Source of the DNA: an uncultured Pelosinus sp.
GTDB lineage: Bacteria > Bacillota > Negativicutes > Sporomusales > Acetonemataceae
Length of the DNA stretch: 64,000 bases
Direction of reading: 5' to 3'
Assembly (NCBI GenBank): GCA_900542835.1
Contig: UQPB01000011.1
Coordinates: 3,668-67,667 of the forward strand
The notes under the pieces were generated by a model. That model was given only the letters and a program-made list of their open reading frames with translations. It ran no database searches and was not told where the DNA came from. Made by a program: the position numbers and the translations under genes. Positions 19,712 through 28,446 of this stretch are shown in pieces. The stretch's first letter is position 1. Every line of letters starts with the position of its first letter.

Positions 19712-20494
19712 GTGATGAGAATTGTTATAGACAATGTCGGAAAAACCTATAACGCCGGCGGCGGGACGCTTGTCGCGCTGGAGGCGATTAATCTTACGAT
19801 CAATCCGGAAGAGTTCGTCGTTCTTGTCGGCCCTTCCGGCTGCGGTAAATCGACACTGCTGAATATGGTGGGCGGACTGTTGAGTCCCAGCAGCGGCCAG
19901 ATTTATGTCGAGGGGCTGACCCGGGACCGCGATCCTGCCATTGGCGTCGTCTTTCAGGAAATCGGCCTGCTGCCATGGCGAACAATAGCTGAAAATATTT
20001 CTTTTGGCCTGGAGGAGCAAAACCTGACCGCGGCTGAGCGCCGTGACCGGCTGGAGCGCTATATGACACTCGTCGGCCTTGACGGCTTTGGCGGCAGCTA
20101 TCCGCATCAGCTTTCCGGCGGTATGCGGCAGCGGGTCGGTATTGCCCGGGCGCTGGCGATCGAACCGGATTTACTGCTGATGGATGAGCCGTTTTCAGCG
20201 CTTGACGCCCAAACACGGACGCTGATGCAGGAGGAACTGCTCGATATCTGGCAGAAAACGCGTCTTAGTACACTGTATGTAACCCACAACATTCAAGAGG
20301 CTGTTTATCTGGCTGACCGCGTTGTTGTGCTGTCGCGCCGTCCCGGCCGCATCAGCCGCATTATACCGATTGAGCTGCCGAAACGGGAACGGGGGCAGGC
20401 GGTGCACAGCGGCCGTTTTGCCGCTTATGCCGATGAAATCTGGGGCCTGATTCGTAAAGATGCCGAAGACGCCCTGCGGGAGGAGTTAAATTAA
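19712..20494 (+). CDS. ABC transporter ATP-binding protein (SsuB/TauB-like)
   Basis: Walker [18 protein letters not shown] signature; 260 aa. Confidence 0.85.
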   Translation: MMRIVIDNVGKTYNAGGGTLVALEAINLTINPEEFVVLVGPSGCGKSTLLNMVGGLLSPSSGQIYVEGLTRDRDPAIGVVFQEIGLLPWRTIAENISFGLEEQNLTAAERRDRLERYMTLVGLDGFGGSYPHQLSGGMRQRVGIARALAIEPDLLLMDEPFSALDAQTRTLMQEELLDIWQKTRLSTLYVTHNIQEAVYLADRVVVLSRRPGRISRIIPIELPKRERGQAVHSGRFAAYADEIWGLIRKDAEDALREELN

Positions 20495-21303
20495 TGCAGC
20501 AGACAAACACCTACCGCAGAAACGTCGTCAACCGGCTGGCTTTTTTGGCGGCGCCGCAGCCGGCTTGGGTTGCGCCGGCTTCCATTGCCGCTATTCTGGC
20601 ATTATGGGAAGTCATTTGCCGCAGTGGATTGGTTTCGCCGCTGTATTTGCCGTCGCCGTCGGCGGTCGTCGCCGCCGCGTTTGAAATGACCAGCAGTGGT
20701 GAGATGCTGGTCAATGCCAAGGCCAGCCTGTTGCGGATTGTTGCCGGACTGTTTCTGGGCAGCGCCGCCGGTATTTTAATTGGCCTGGCTACCGGATTTT
20801 CCCGTTTGGCCGAGGCGGTAGGCACACCGGTCATTCATGCTCTCTACCCGGTGCCAAAAATTGCTTTGCTGCCGTTGATAATTCTCTGGCTCGGCATCGG
20901 TGAGCTTTCTAAGATCACCATTATCAGCCTTGGCGTATTTTTTCCGGTTGTCATCAATACGCACTCCGGCGTTAAGAATGTCGATCCGCTGCTGCTAAAG
21001 GTCGCGGTCAGTTTCCGGACCAGCCGGCTCAATCTAATCCGCAAGGTGATTCTGCCGGGAGCGTTGCCGATGATTTTTGCCGGTTTAAAACTGGCGGCCG
21101 GCACTTCACTGCTGCTGCTGGTGGCTGCAGAGATGATTGCAGCCAAAGAAGGGCTGGGCGCAATGATTTTGCATTATGGCGATTTAATGTTAACCACTAA
21201 GCTGATGGCCGGCGTATTTAGTCTTTCCCTGCTGGGGCTGCTGTTCAATCACAGCCTGAACTGGATTGAAAGAAAGCTGATTCCCTGGCGGCATAATAGC
21301 TGA
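20494..21303 (+). CDS. ABC transporter permease (SsuC/TauC-like)
   Basis: 6 TM, ATGA start/stop overlap with upstream ATPase gene. Confidence 0.8.
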   Translation: MQQTNTYRRNVVNRLAFLAAPQPAWVAPASIAAILALWEVICRSGLVSPLYLPSPSAVVAAAFEMTSSGEMLVNAKASLLRIVAGLFLGSAAGILIGLATGFSRLAEAVGTPVIHALYPVPKIALLPLIILWLGIGELSKITIISLGVFFPVVINTHSGVKNVDPLLLKVAVSFRTSRLNLIRKVILPGALPMIFAGLKLAAGTSLLLLVAAEMIAAKEGLGAMILHYGDLMLTTKLMAGVFSLSLLGLLFNHSLNWIERKLIPWRHNS

Positions 21304-21322
21304 ATCGGCACGGAAAGGAACG

Positions 21323-21916
21323 ATGGCTTTGGATCGATTGGTTGGCGGAATGCGGCTGCTCAGACTGGCGCTGCTGCTGGCCGTGTTCGCCGGCCTGGCG
21401 CTAAGCGGACCGCGTCCGGCAGCGGCTGCGCCGCTGCGAGTCGCTGTGGTGCCCTATATTAATTCCTCGGGTGAAACCCGCAATGTAGTTGACGCAACTG
21501 TTAGCAGCAAACTGGAAGGCTATTTCCATTCCGGCTATTATGAGCAGGTCCCGCCAGGGGAAGTCGCTGATTTTCTCTGGCGCAGCGGTTACGGTCTGCC
21601 GCTGCGGCTGCTGCCGGAGAAAGAACTGCTGCAGTCGCTTGCCGCCGCTACCGGCGCCGACGCGGTGCTGGCGTTTGATTTCACCCGCATTCAGGCATGG
21701 CGCCGCTCTTCCTGGTTTTATGCCTATACCATTGGCGGCGTCAGCATGTATGTAAAGGCGTTGTCGGTGGCTGACAACAATTTTATTACTTTGCGGATTG
21801 AACGCGAGGAAAAACTGCGGGCATCCCGCTTTGGCCCCGGTGTCAGCGAACGGGTCGCGCTTGGCGCCGCTATCGAAGCCGGCATGGACGAAATGTTTTC
21901 CCGGCTGCCGTTTTAA
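21323..21916 (+). CDS. Hypothetical exported protein
   Basis: N-terminal signal peptide (LLLAVFAGLALSGPRPAAA); no recognisable catalytic motifs; strong rho-independent terminator follows. Confidence 0.45.
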   Translation: MALDRLVGGMRLLRLALLLAVFAGLALSGPRPAAAAPLRVAVVPYINSSGETRNVVDATVSSKLEGYFHSGYYEQVPPGEVADFLWRSGYGLPLRLLPEKELLQSLAAATGADAVLAFDFTRIQAWRRSSWFYAYTIGGVSMYVKALSVADNNFITLRIEREEKLRASRFGPGVSERVALGAAIEAGMDEMFSRLPF

Positions 21917-21960
21917 GCAGAGAGACTTGCAGGTCAGCCTGCAAGTCTCCTGCTTTTTTG
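21917..21960 (+). terminator. Rho-independent terminator (GCAGGAGACTTGCAGG..CCTGCAAGTCTCCTGC + TTTTTTG)
   Basis: 16-bp stem, T6 tail. Confidence 0.7.
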
Positions 21961-22017
21961 TTGGCGTTGTACCCTTCACGTAATGGAGTGTGGGCCAAGA
22001 AGAGCGGAAAGCGCTGC

Positions 22018-22100
22018 CTGCAGTGGCATTTTCCCGATGGGAACCTCTCCCCAGAGGACACCGAGGGACACAGAGGGACACAGTGGAAGCTGCTTACAGG
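22018..22100 (+). repeat. Family P partial copy (left arm only: CCAGAGGACACCGAGGGACACAGAGGGACACAGTGG) upstream of the DHA2 MFS gene
   Basis: Aligns with unit start and left arm of the tandem copies at 25880-26226. Confidence 0.55.
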
Positions 22101-22205
22101 ATTGCTCTGGCTCATAGTAACAGGCGGCTGCGCATACACTAAGAGGACTTTTCCTAGTGGATAACGAATTTTGTTTATAGTTATTACGTTCCTGGAGGGT
22201 TTCGT

Positions 22206-23588
22206 TTGGAGCAGGCTGATAATGCCCGGCGGCGATGGCTGATATTTGCGATTACGGCTGTCGGGACTTTCATGGCAACGCTTGACAGCAGCATTGTTAA
22301 TGTGGCGATGCCGTCACTTGCCGCTGAGCTGGCGGTAGGAATTGATACGGCACAATGGGTCGTTACCGCCTATCTGCTGACAATCACCGCCTTGCTGCTG
22401 CCATTGGGCCGGCTGGGCGATATGCTTGGACGGCGTACACTGTATGCGCTGGGATTTCTGGTGTTTACCGCCGGCTCGGCGTTGTGCGCCGCTGCCGGCG
22501 GTATCGCTTCCCTGGTTGCTGCACGCATGGTGCAGGCCGCCGGTGCGGCAATGTTGATGGCTGGCGCTCCGGCGATTATAACGCTGACGTTTCCGCCGTC
22601 AGGACGGGGCCGGGCTCTGGGCATGACCGGAGCAGTGGTTTCCTTAGGTTCCATGACCGGACCTGCCCTGGGCGGAGTACTGGTCGGCATGTTCGGCTGG
22701 GAAGCGGTGTTTACGATCAATTTGCCGATTGGACTGGCGGGCGCGTTACTGGCCTGGCTGCTGCTGCCGCCGGAGCCTTTACGCCGCTGCGAACCGTTTG
22801 ACGCTGCCGGCGCGGCTTTATTCGCGCTGGCGACGACAGCGCTGCTGCTGGCGGTCAGCCTGGGACACCGTCTGGGCTGGCTGTCGCTGCCGGTTGGCGG
22901 CGGGCTGACTCTGGCGGGCGCGCTGATCTGGCTGTTTATCCGGCGGCAGCAGACTGCCGGCTATCCGCTGCTGGCGCTGTCCTTGTTCCAAAACCGGCTG
23001 TTTACGGTCGGTTTGCTGGCAGGGATGCTTTCGTTTATGGCCGGATTCTCCAATGTATTTTTGCTGCCGTTTTTTCTCGATTTGGTGCTGCGGCTGGATC
23101 CGTCGACAATTGGGCTGCTGCTGACTCCGTTTCCGCTGGCCATGGCTATCGTCGCCCCGGTCAGCGGCCGGCTGTCGGAAAAAGGCAAGCCGGCCCTTCT
23201 GACAACCGCCGGTTTACTGGTGCTGACTGCCGGACTCTGGCTGCAGGCAGGGCTGACGGCAGAGGCATCCGTTTGGCGGGTTGCGGCGGGTCAGGCAGTG
23301 CTGGGGGTGGGAAACGGCTTGTTTCAGTCTCCGAACAATAACAGTGTGATGAGCGCCGTGCCCCGGGATCAAGTCGGTGTTGCCGGCGGCATCAATGCAT
23401 TGGTGCGCAATTTGGGAATGGTGCTGGGAACAGCGATCGCGGTAACGGCTTATGAGAGTGTGCGCCAAGGGGCGGACGCCGAAGCCGCGGTTGTTGCCGG
23501 ATACCGGGCGGCCTTGCTGCTGGGGTCTCTGTTTTCGCTGCTGGCTGCCGGCCTGTCAGTCCGGCGCGGCCAACGGCAAACAAGTTAG
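22206..23588 (+). CDS. MFS transporter, DHA2 (14-TM, EmrB/QacA-like) family
   Basis: 460 aa, 14 hydrophobic segments, MFS motif A GRLGDMLGRR. Confidence 0.75.
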   Translation: MEQADNARRRWLIFAITAVGTFMATLDSSIVNVAMPSLAAELAVGIDTAQWVVTAYLLTITALLLPLGRLGDMLGRRTLYALGFLVFTAGSALCAAAGGIASLVAARMVQAAGAAMLMAGAPAIITLTFPPSGRGRALGMTGAVVSLGSMTGPALGGVLVGMFGWEAVFTINLPIGLAGALLAWLLLPPEPLRRCEPFDAAGAALFALATTALLLAVSLGHRLGWLSLPVGGGLTLAGALIWLFIRRQQTAGYPLLALSLFQNRLFTVGLLAGMLSFMAGFSNVFLLPFFLDLVLRLDPSTIGLLLTPFPLAMAIVAPVSGRLSEKGKPALLTTAGLLVLTAGLWLQAGLTAEASVWRVAAGQAVLGVGNGLFQSPNNNSVMSAVPRDQVGVAGGINALVRNLGMVLGTAIAVTAYESVRQGADAEAAVVAGYRAALLLGSLFSLLAAGLSVRRGQRQTS

Positions 23589-23603
23589 ATGGGGGTGTTG
23601 ACA

Positions 23604-25145
23604 ATGAAGGAGCTATCGCGTTTTTTTGTATGTGATGACGCCAGGGAAGAGTTGTGCATTGAGGCAAAAACAGATCCCTGCGGCGTTGTCATTTTCGGTG
23701 CCTCCGGTGATTTGACTCATCGCAAGCTGGTTCCGGCCTTGTTTGAACAATTTCAGCGGCGGCTGCTGCCGCCAGCGTTCTTTATTCTTGGCTGCGCCCG
23801 CAGTGAATTAACGGAAGTGGAATTTCGTGACAGCTTCCTGCAGGATATACGGAGCCGGGAAAACGAGAGCGGCGCGGCGGCAGAGTTTTTAGGCCATATC
23901 TATTACCTGTCCGGCAGCTATGAGGATGAAGCCTTGTACCGGCGGCTGGCGGCAAGACTGGAGGAGCTGGCCGCCGAGGAGGGAACCGCCGGCAACTGCC
24001 TGTATTATTTGGCAACGCCGCCAAGTCTGTATACCGCAATTGCCGCCGGCCTGGGACGGGCCGGGCTGACTGCCGAGACGGGACAGCGCTGGGCCCGTCT
24101 GGTGGTGGAGAAGCCGTTTGGCCATGATCTGGCCAGCAGCCGGCAATTGGACGACGCGCTGCATCAGTGGCTGCGCGAGAAGCAGATTTATCGGATTGAT
24201 CATTACCTGGGCAAGGAAACGGTACAGAATATTTTTATTCTGCGGTTTGCCAATGTCATATTTGAGCCGGTCTGGAATCGCCGCTATATCGATCACGTTC
24301 AGATCACGGTTGCCGAAGCCCTGGGGGTGGAAAACCGCGCCGGCTATTATGAACAGGCGGGCGCACTGCGCGATATGTTTCAAAATCATATGCTGGAAAT
24401 GCTGTCGCTGGTGGCGATGGAGCCGCCGGCCAGCTTTGAGGCAGACCGTCACCGCGACGAGAAAGTCAAGCTGCTGCGGTCAATCCGGCCTTTTCCCGAT
24501 ACCGATCTGGCGGAATGGCTGGTCAGAGGACAATATGCGGCGGGAGTGGCCGGCGACCGCCCTTTGCCGGCCTATCGTCAGGAAAAAGGGGTTAGTCCGG
24601 CTTCCTTAACTGAAACCTATGTAGCGATGAAGGTCATGATTGACAATTGGCGCTGGCAGGGCGTGCCGTTTTACTTGCGTTCCGGCAAGCGTCTGGCCAA
24701 GCAGGTCAGTGAAATTGCCATTACGTTCAAACCGGTGCCGCACTCGATTTTTGCTCAAATCGCGCCGGAACAATTGCAGCCGAATGTGCTGACGCTGAAG
24801 ATTCAGCCGGAGGAAGGGATTGCGCTGACGATGGAAGCGAAGCGGCCGGGGCCGCGCATGTGCATGAGCAGCCTGACGTTGAATTTTTCCTATCGTGATG
24901 CATTTGGCGAGCGTTCGGGTAATGCCTATGAACGGCTGCTGCTTGACTGCATGGCCGGTGATCAGACGCTGTTTGTTCGCCATGACGGCGCGGAAGTAGC
25001 CTGGAAAGTGCTGGAGCCGGTATTGGCGAATTGGCTGGCTGCAGCAGATGATTGCCCGCTGCAGCTTTACCCCGCCGGCGGCGACGGGCCGGCGGCAGCC
25101 GACGGCTTGCTGGCGCGGGACGGACGGAGGTGGCGGCCGTTATGA
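23604..25145 (+). CDS. zwf: Glucose-6-phosphate 1-dehydrogenase
   Basis: VIFGASGDLTHRKL NADP-binding N-terminus, RIDHYLGKE active-site motif. Confidence 0.9.
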   Translation: MKELSRFFVCDDAREELCIEAKTDPCGVVIFGASGDLTHRKLVPALFEQFQRRLLPPAFFILGCARSELTEVEFRDSFLQDIRSRENESGAAAEFLGHIYYLSGSYEDEALYRRLAARLEELAAEEGTAGNCLYYLATPPSLYTAIAAGLGRAGLTAETGQRWARLVVEKPFGHDLASSRQLDDALHQWLREKQIYRIDHYLGKETVQNIFILRFANVIFEPVWNRRYIDHVQITVAEALGVENRAGYYEQAGALRDMFQNHMLEMLSLVAMEPPASFEADRHRDEKVKLLRSIRPFPDTDLAEWLVRGQYAAGVAGDRPLPAYRQEKGVSPASLTETYVAMKVMIDNWRWQGVPFYLRSGKRLAKQVSEIAITFKPVPHSIFAQIAPEQLQPNVLTLKIQPEEGIALTMEAKRPGPRMCMSSLTLNFSYRDAFGERSGNAYERLLLDCMAGDQTLFVRHDGAEVAWKVLEPVLANWLAAADDCPLQLYPAGGDGPAAADGLLARDGRRWRPL

Positions 25146-25864
25146 GTATGGATTACCGGGTCTGGCCGTCGCCGCACAGTCTGGCCGTTGCCGCGGCCGA
25201 ACTGGTGGCGGCCGCTATCAGGACGGCAGTGGCGGCGCGAGGCCGCTGCCGTCTGGCGCTCGCCGGCGGCAGCACACCGGTTCTGCTGCTGCGGGAACTG
25301 AGCCGGCCGTCTTATCAGCAGCTGCCCTGGCAGTCAGTGAGCCTCTTCTGGAGTGATGAGCGGTTCGTGGCTCCGGATCATCCGGACTCTAATTTTCGCA
25401 TGGTCAGGGAGAATCTATTGGCTGCATTAGCGGTTAAACCGGAAATTTATCCGATCAGCACTGCTTTTGACTCGCCGGCAACTGCCGCGAGGGCGTATGA
25501 AACGGTAATTGACAGCGCCTTTGCCGCAGCGGACAGAGAAGACAACTGGCCGGTTTTTGACTGCATTCTGCTGGGGGTGGGAACGGACGGGCATACGGCG
25601 TCGCTATTCCCTGGCGATGAGGCGCTGGCGGAAATCCGTCGCTGGACCGCTGCCGGCCGCGCTCCGGACGGCAGTCCGCGGGTCACCCTGACCTTGCCGC
25701 TGCTGAACGCGGCAAGGCAAGTACTGTTTTTGGCCAGTGGCAGCGGCAAGGCGGCCATCATTGCTGCGCTTGCCGGCGGTGCTGACCTGCCGGCAGCCAG
25801 GGTAAAGGCGGCAAAGGTTTTGTGGCTGCTGGATGCCGCCGCCGCAGCGCACTTGCCGGTCTGA
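25142..25864 (+). CDS. pgl: 6-phosphogluconolactonase
   Basis: Overlaps the zwf stop codon by 4 nt (ATGA); LGVGTDGHTASLFPG motif. Confidence 0.85.
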   Translation: MSMDYRVWPSPHSLAVAAAELVAAAIRTAVAARGRCRLALAGGSTPVLLLRELSRPSYQQLPWQSVSLFWSDERFVAPDHPDSNFRMVRENLLAALAVKPEIYPISTAFDSPATAARAYETVIDSAFAAADREDNWPVFDCILLGVGTDGHTASLFPGDEALAEIRRWTAAGRAPDGSPRVTLTLPLLNAARQVLFLASGSGKAAIIAALAGGADLPAARVKAAKVLWLLDAAAAAHLPV

Positions 25865-25879
25865 AAGCCAGAGCGGGCG

Positions 25880-26226
25880 GAAGCCCTGAGCGACGGGAGA
25901 AAGACGATTCCACGGAGTACACAGAGGATACACGGAGGGCACAGAGGAAAAGAGGGAATTTGAACCCTCTGTATACCTCTGTGCCCCTCGGCGTCCTCTG
26001 TGGAAAAAGTCCCGTGTGTCCGCCGTGAAACTCCGTGCCCTCCGTGGTTCGTCATTCCAGGCGGGAACCTTGAGCGACGGGGAGAAAGACGATTCCACGG
26101 AGTACACAGAGGACACACGGAGGGCACGGAGGCAAAGAGGGAATTTGAACCCTCTGTGTGCCTCTGTGCCCCTCGGCGTCCGCTGTGGCAAAAGTCCCTA
26201 TGTCCTCGTGGCTCGTCAAGCTGGTT
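25880..26226 (+). repeat. Family P tandem duplication: two ~186-bp units, each a long imperfect palindrome of CACRGAG(G) heptamers, filling the pgl / metallophosphoesterase convergent intergenic region
   Basis: Unit: GAGCGACGGGAGAAAGACGATTCCACGGAGTACACAGAGGATACACGGAGGGCACAGAGG - AAAAGAGGGAATTTGAACCCTCT - GTATACCTCTGTGCCCCTCGGCGTCCTCTGTGG; second unit ~93% identical. Confidence 0.8.
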
Positions 26227-27162
26227 TTAGTGTCCAAAGGTGATATAGACATCCAGCAGTTCCGGGCGGTTGCCGATCCGGAACGGCGGCCCCCAGGTGC
26301 CATAGCCGCAGGAAACAATGAGCTGGAATGTCTCCTGACGCAGGTAACCCCAGTCGGTTTCGAACATGGCGGCGGTAATCAGCTGGTTGGGAAATAGCTG
26401 GCCGCGGTGGGTATGACCGGAAAACTGCAGGTCAACGCGGTTTTGCCGCGATTCGTCAAGATCAAGCGGCTGGTGATCCAACAGGATCAGCGGCAGGGCC
26501 GGATTGACACCGGCTAAGATGGCAGACAGCGGCGACCGGGCACTGCCGCCGTAATTAAGGCGGGAGCGGTCGTCGCGGCCGGCAATAACCAGGCTGCCGG
26601 CAATTATTGCCTTGTCATCGCGCAGAATGGTGACGCCCGCCTCCTGTAAAGCGGCAATAATTCCCTCCGTCTCACCGCCGATATATTCATGATTGCCCAG
26701 AACCGCATAGGTTCCCAGCGGCGGCTGCAGCCGTTGCAGCACCGGGCCCATATTTTCATCCAGAAACGGCTTCAGTTCCGCGTCAATGATGTCGCCGGGC
26801 AGCAGGACAACATCAGGCTGCAGCCGGTTGACCGTTGTCACCAGCTGCTCCAGGCGGTTGGCGCCGATCAGGTTTCCCAGATGAATGTCGGAGACAACGA
26901 CGGCATGTACTTGTTTAAAATGACCGCCGGATTTTTCAATGTGGATATCGTAGCGGTTGATAACCGGGTGGCGCGCATTCCAGAAGCCATAAGCAAGGAC
27001 GCCGCCTACCAGCAGTATTGCCGCCAGGCCGGCCCAATGCGGCTGCTGCTTCAGGACTGACGGCAGAAAGGGAATTGCCCGATCAAGCAGCCGGGCTATA
27101 TCGATCAGCATTGTCAGCAAAAAGCCGTAATAGACTACGGCCATCCAAATCGCGCCGATCAT
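26227..27162 (-). CDS. Membrane-anchored calcineurin-like metallophosphoesterase (YkuE/YpbG-like)
   Basis: VVSDIHLG, GDIID, GNHEY, GHTH motifs; N-terminal TM helices; the in-frame 75 codons upstream look coding but lack a start (see findings). Confidence 0.7.
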   Translation of the reverse strand: MIGAIWMAVVYYGFLLTMLIDIARLLDRAIPFLPSVLKQQPHWAGLAAILLVGGVLAYGFWNARHPVINRYDIHIEKSGGHFKQVHAVVVSDIHLGNLIGANRLEQLVTTVNRLQPDVVLLPGDIIDAELKPFLDENMGPVLQRLQPPLGTYAVLGNHEYIGGETEGIIAALQEAGVTILRDDKAIIAGSLVIAGRDDRSRLNYGGSARSPLSAILAGVNPALPLILLDHQPLDLDESRQNRVDLQFSGHTHRGQLFPNQLITAAMFETDWGYLRQETFQLIVSCGYGTWGPPFRIGNRPELLDVYITFGH

Positions 27163-27530
27163 AGTCAGCGTCAGGTCGACCGGCGCCGGCAGCAGCTGCT
27201 TGCTGGCCCGGGCTATCAGGTAGGAAAGTGCGCAAAAGCTGATGGCAAGGCCATAGACCCAGACGGAGCCCTCCGGCAGCAGGGGGCCGAAGGCTTGCCA
27301 GCCTCTCCGGCCGATATAGTAATTGGCGGTTCCGTAAACCGCAAAGAACAGGATAAGAAACCAATACAGACGACCACGTCCTTTCTGTCAGGCTGGAATA
27401 AAATAAGGTACAGGCGTGCCACAAGCTATTTTTTGCCTGTTCAATTTCACCATTGCTATCTGCAGCGTTTTTTGCTATTGTATTGTTGATATATTTTCAG
27501 TTCAGCAATCGGTTGCTAAAGGAGACGAAC

Positions 27531-28355
27531 ATGGAAGTAAAAGCAATTAAAAAATTGAAGTTGTACGGCTTTAACAACCTGACTAAGACGCTGAGCTTTA
27601 ACATGTATGACCTTTGCTATGCGAAAAGTCCTCAGCATGGCCAAGAATATATTGCCTACATCGACGAAGAATACAACGCGCAGCGGTTGACCGATATTCT
27701 GACCAAAGTGGCGGATATTATCGGCGCCAATGTTTTAAACATTGCCAAACAGGACTACGATCCGCAGGGCGCCAGTGTAACGATGCTGATATCGGAAGGA
27801 CCGATCGAATGTCATGGCGACAACGAGGACAGTATTGTCTGTCGTGAGATGTACCCCGATGCGGTTGTCGCCCATCTGGATAAAAGCCACATTACTGTTC
27901 ACACCTATCCCGAGACCCATCCCGACAAGGGCATCAGCACGTTTCGAGCCGATATCGACGTGTCTACCTGCGGTCATATTTCACCGCTGAAGGCGCTGAA
28001 CTTTTTGATTTCCAGCTTTAGCGCCGATATCGCGATTGTCGATTACCGGGTCAGAGGCTTTACCCGTGACGTTGATGGCAAGAAGTATTTTATTGACCAC
28101 AAAATTAATTCAATCCAGAATTATATTGCCAGTGAAACCCGTGACCTGTATCAAATGATTGATGTCAATGTCTATCAGGAGAATATCTTTCATACCAAGA
28201 TGCTGCTGAAAGAGTTTGACCTGGATAATTATTTGTTTGGCACTGCCAAAAAAGAACTGCTGCCCGGTGAGAAAAAGAAAATCAAGCAGCGGCTGAAGAA
28301 AGAAATGCTTGAAATCTTTTCCGGCAAGAATATTCCTAAGGTTAGCATTAAGTAG
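27531..28355 (+). CDS. speD: S-adenosylmethionine decarboxylase proenzyme, E. coli SpeD-type (class 1B)
   Basis: [20 protein letters not shown]...VHTYPE and whole-length similarity to enterobacterial SpeD; RBS aaaggag; start at internal ATG 27531. Confidence 0.8.
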   Translation: MEVKAIKKLKLYGFNNLTKTLSFNMYDLCYAKSPQHGQEYIAYIDEEYNAQRLTDILTKVADIIGANVLNIAKQDYDPQGASVTMLISEGPIECHGDNEDSIVCREMYPDAVVAHLDKSHITVHTYPETHPDKGISTFRADIDVSTCGHISPLKALNFLISSFSADIAIVDYRVRGFTRDVDGKKYFIDHKINSIQNYIASETRDLYQMIDVNVYQENIFHTKMLLKEFDLDNYLFGTAKKELLPGEKKKIKQRLKKEMLEIFSGKNIPKVSIK

Positions 28356-28379
28356 AACGATTACGATCAAGCGGGCTGG

Positions 28380-28446
28380 AGCCGCTTTCAAGTACGCGAC
28401 CGGATTGGAAATCCGCCGGTCTCAGGCTTGAAAGCGGCTTTTTATT
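28380..28446. terminator. Compound hairpin (AGCCGCTTTCAAG...CTTGAAAGCGGCT enclosing a second stem) + TTTTT between speD and the convergent MFS gene
   Basis: 13-bp outer inverted repeat read directly. Confidence 0.6.

Noticed and set aside
25880-26226. Possible CRISPR array
   Set aside because: There are only two units of ~186 bp, the units are internally palindromic, and there are no unique spacers of regular length. No cas genes are in the window.
25447-26318. Several 60-230-aa ORFs on both strands across the pgl/metallophosphoesterase intergenic region (e.g. 25447..26127 -, 25604..26191 -, 26016..26243 +)
   Set aside because: They are translations of the tandem heptamer-array repeat (peptides such as EDAEGHRGTQR, PLCPPCVLCVLRG). 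They have no RBS and show low-complexity, repeat-derived composition. Similar shadow ORFs occur at 45768..46157 and 21870..22139.
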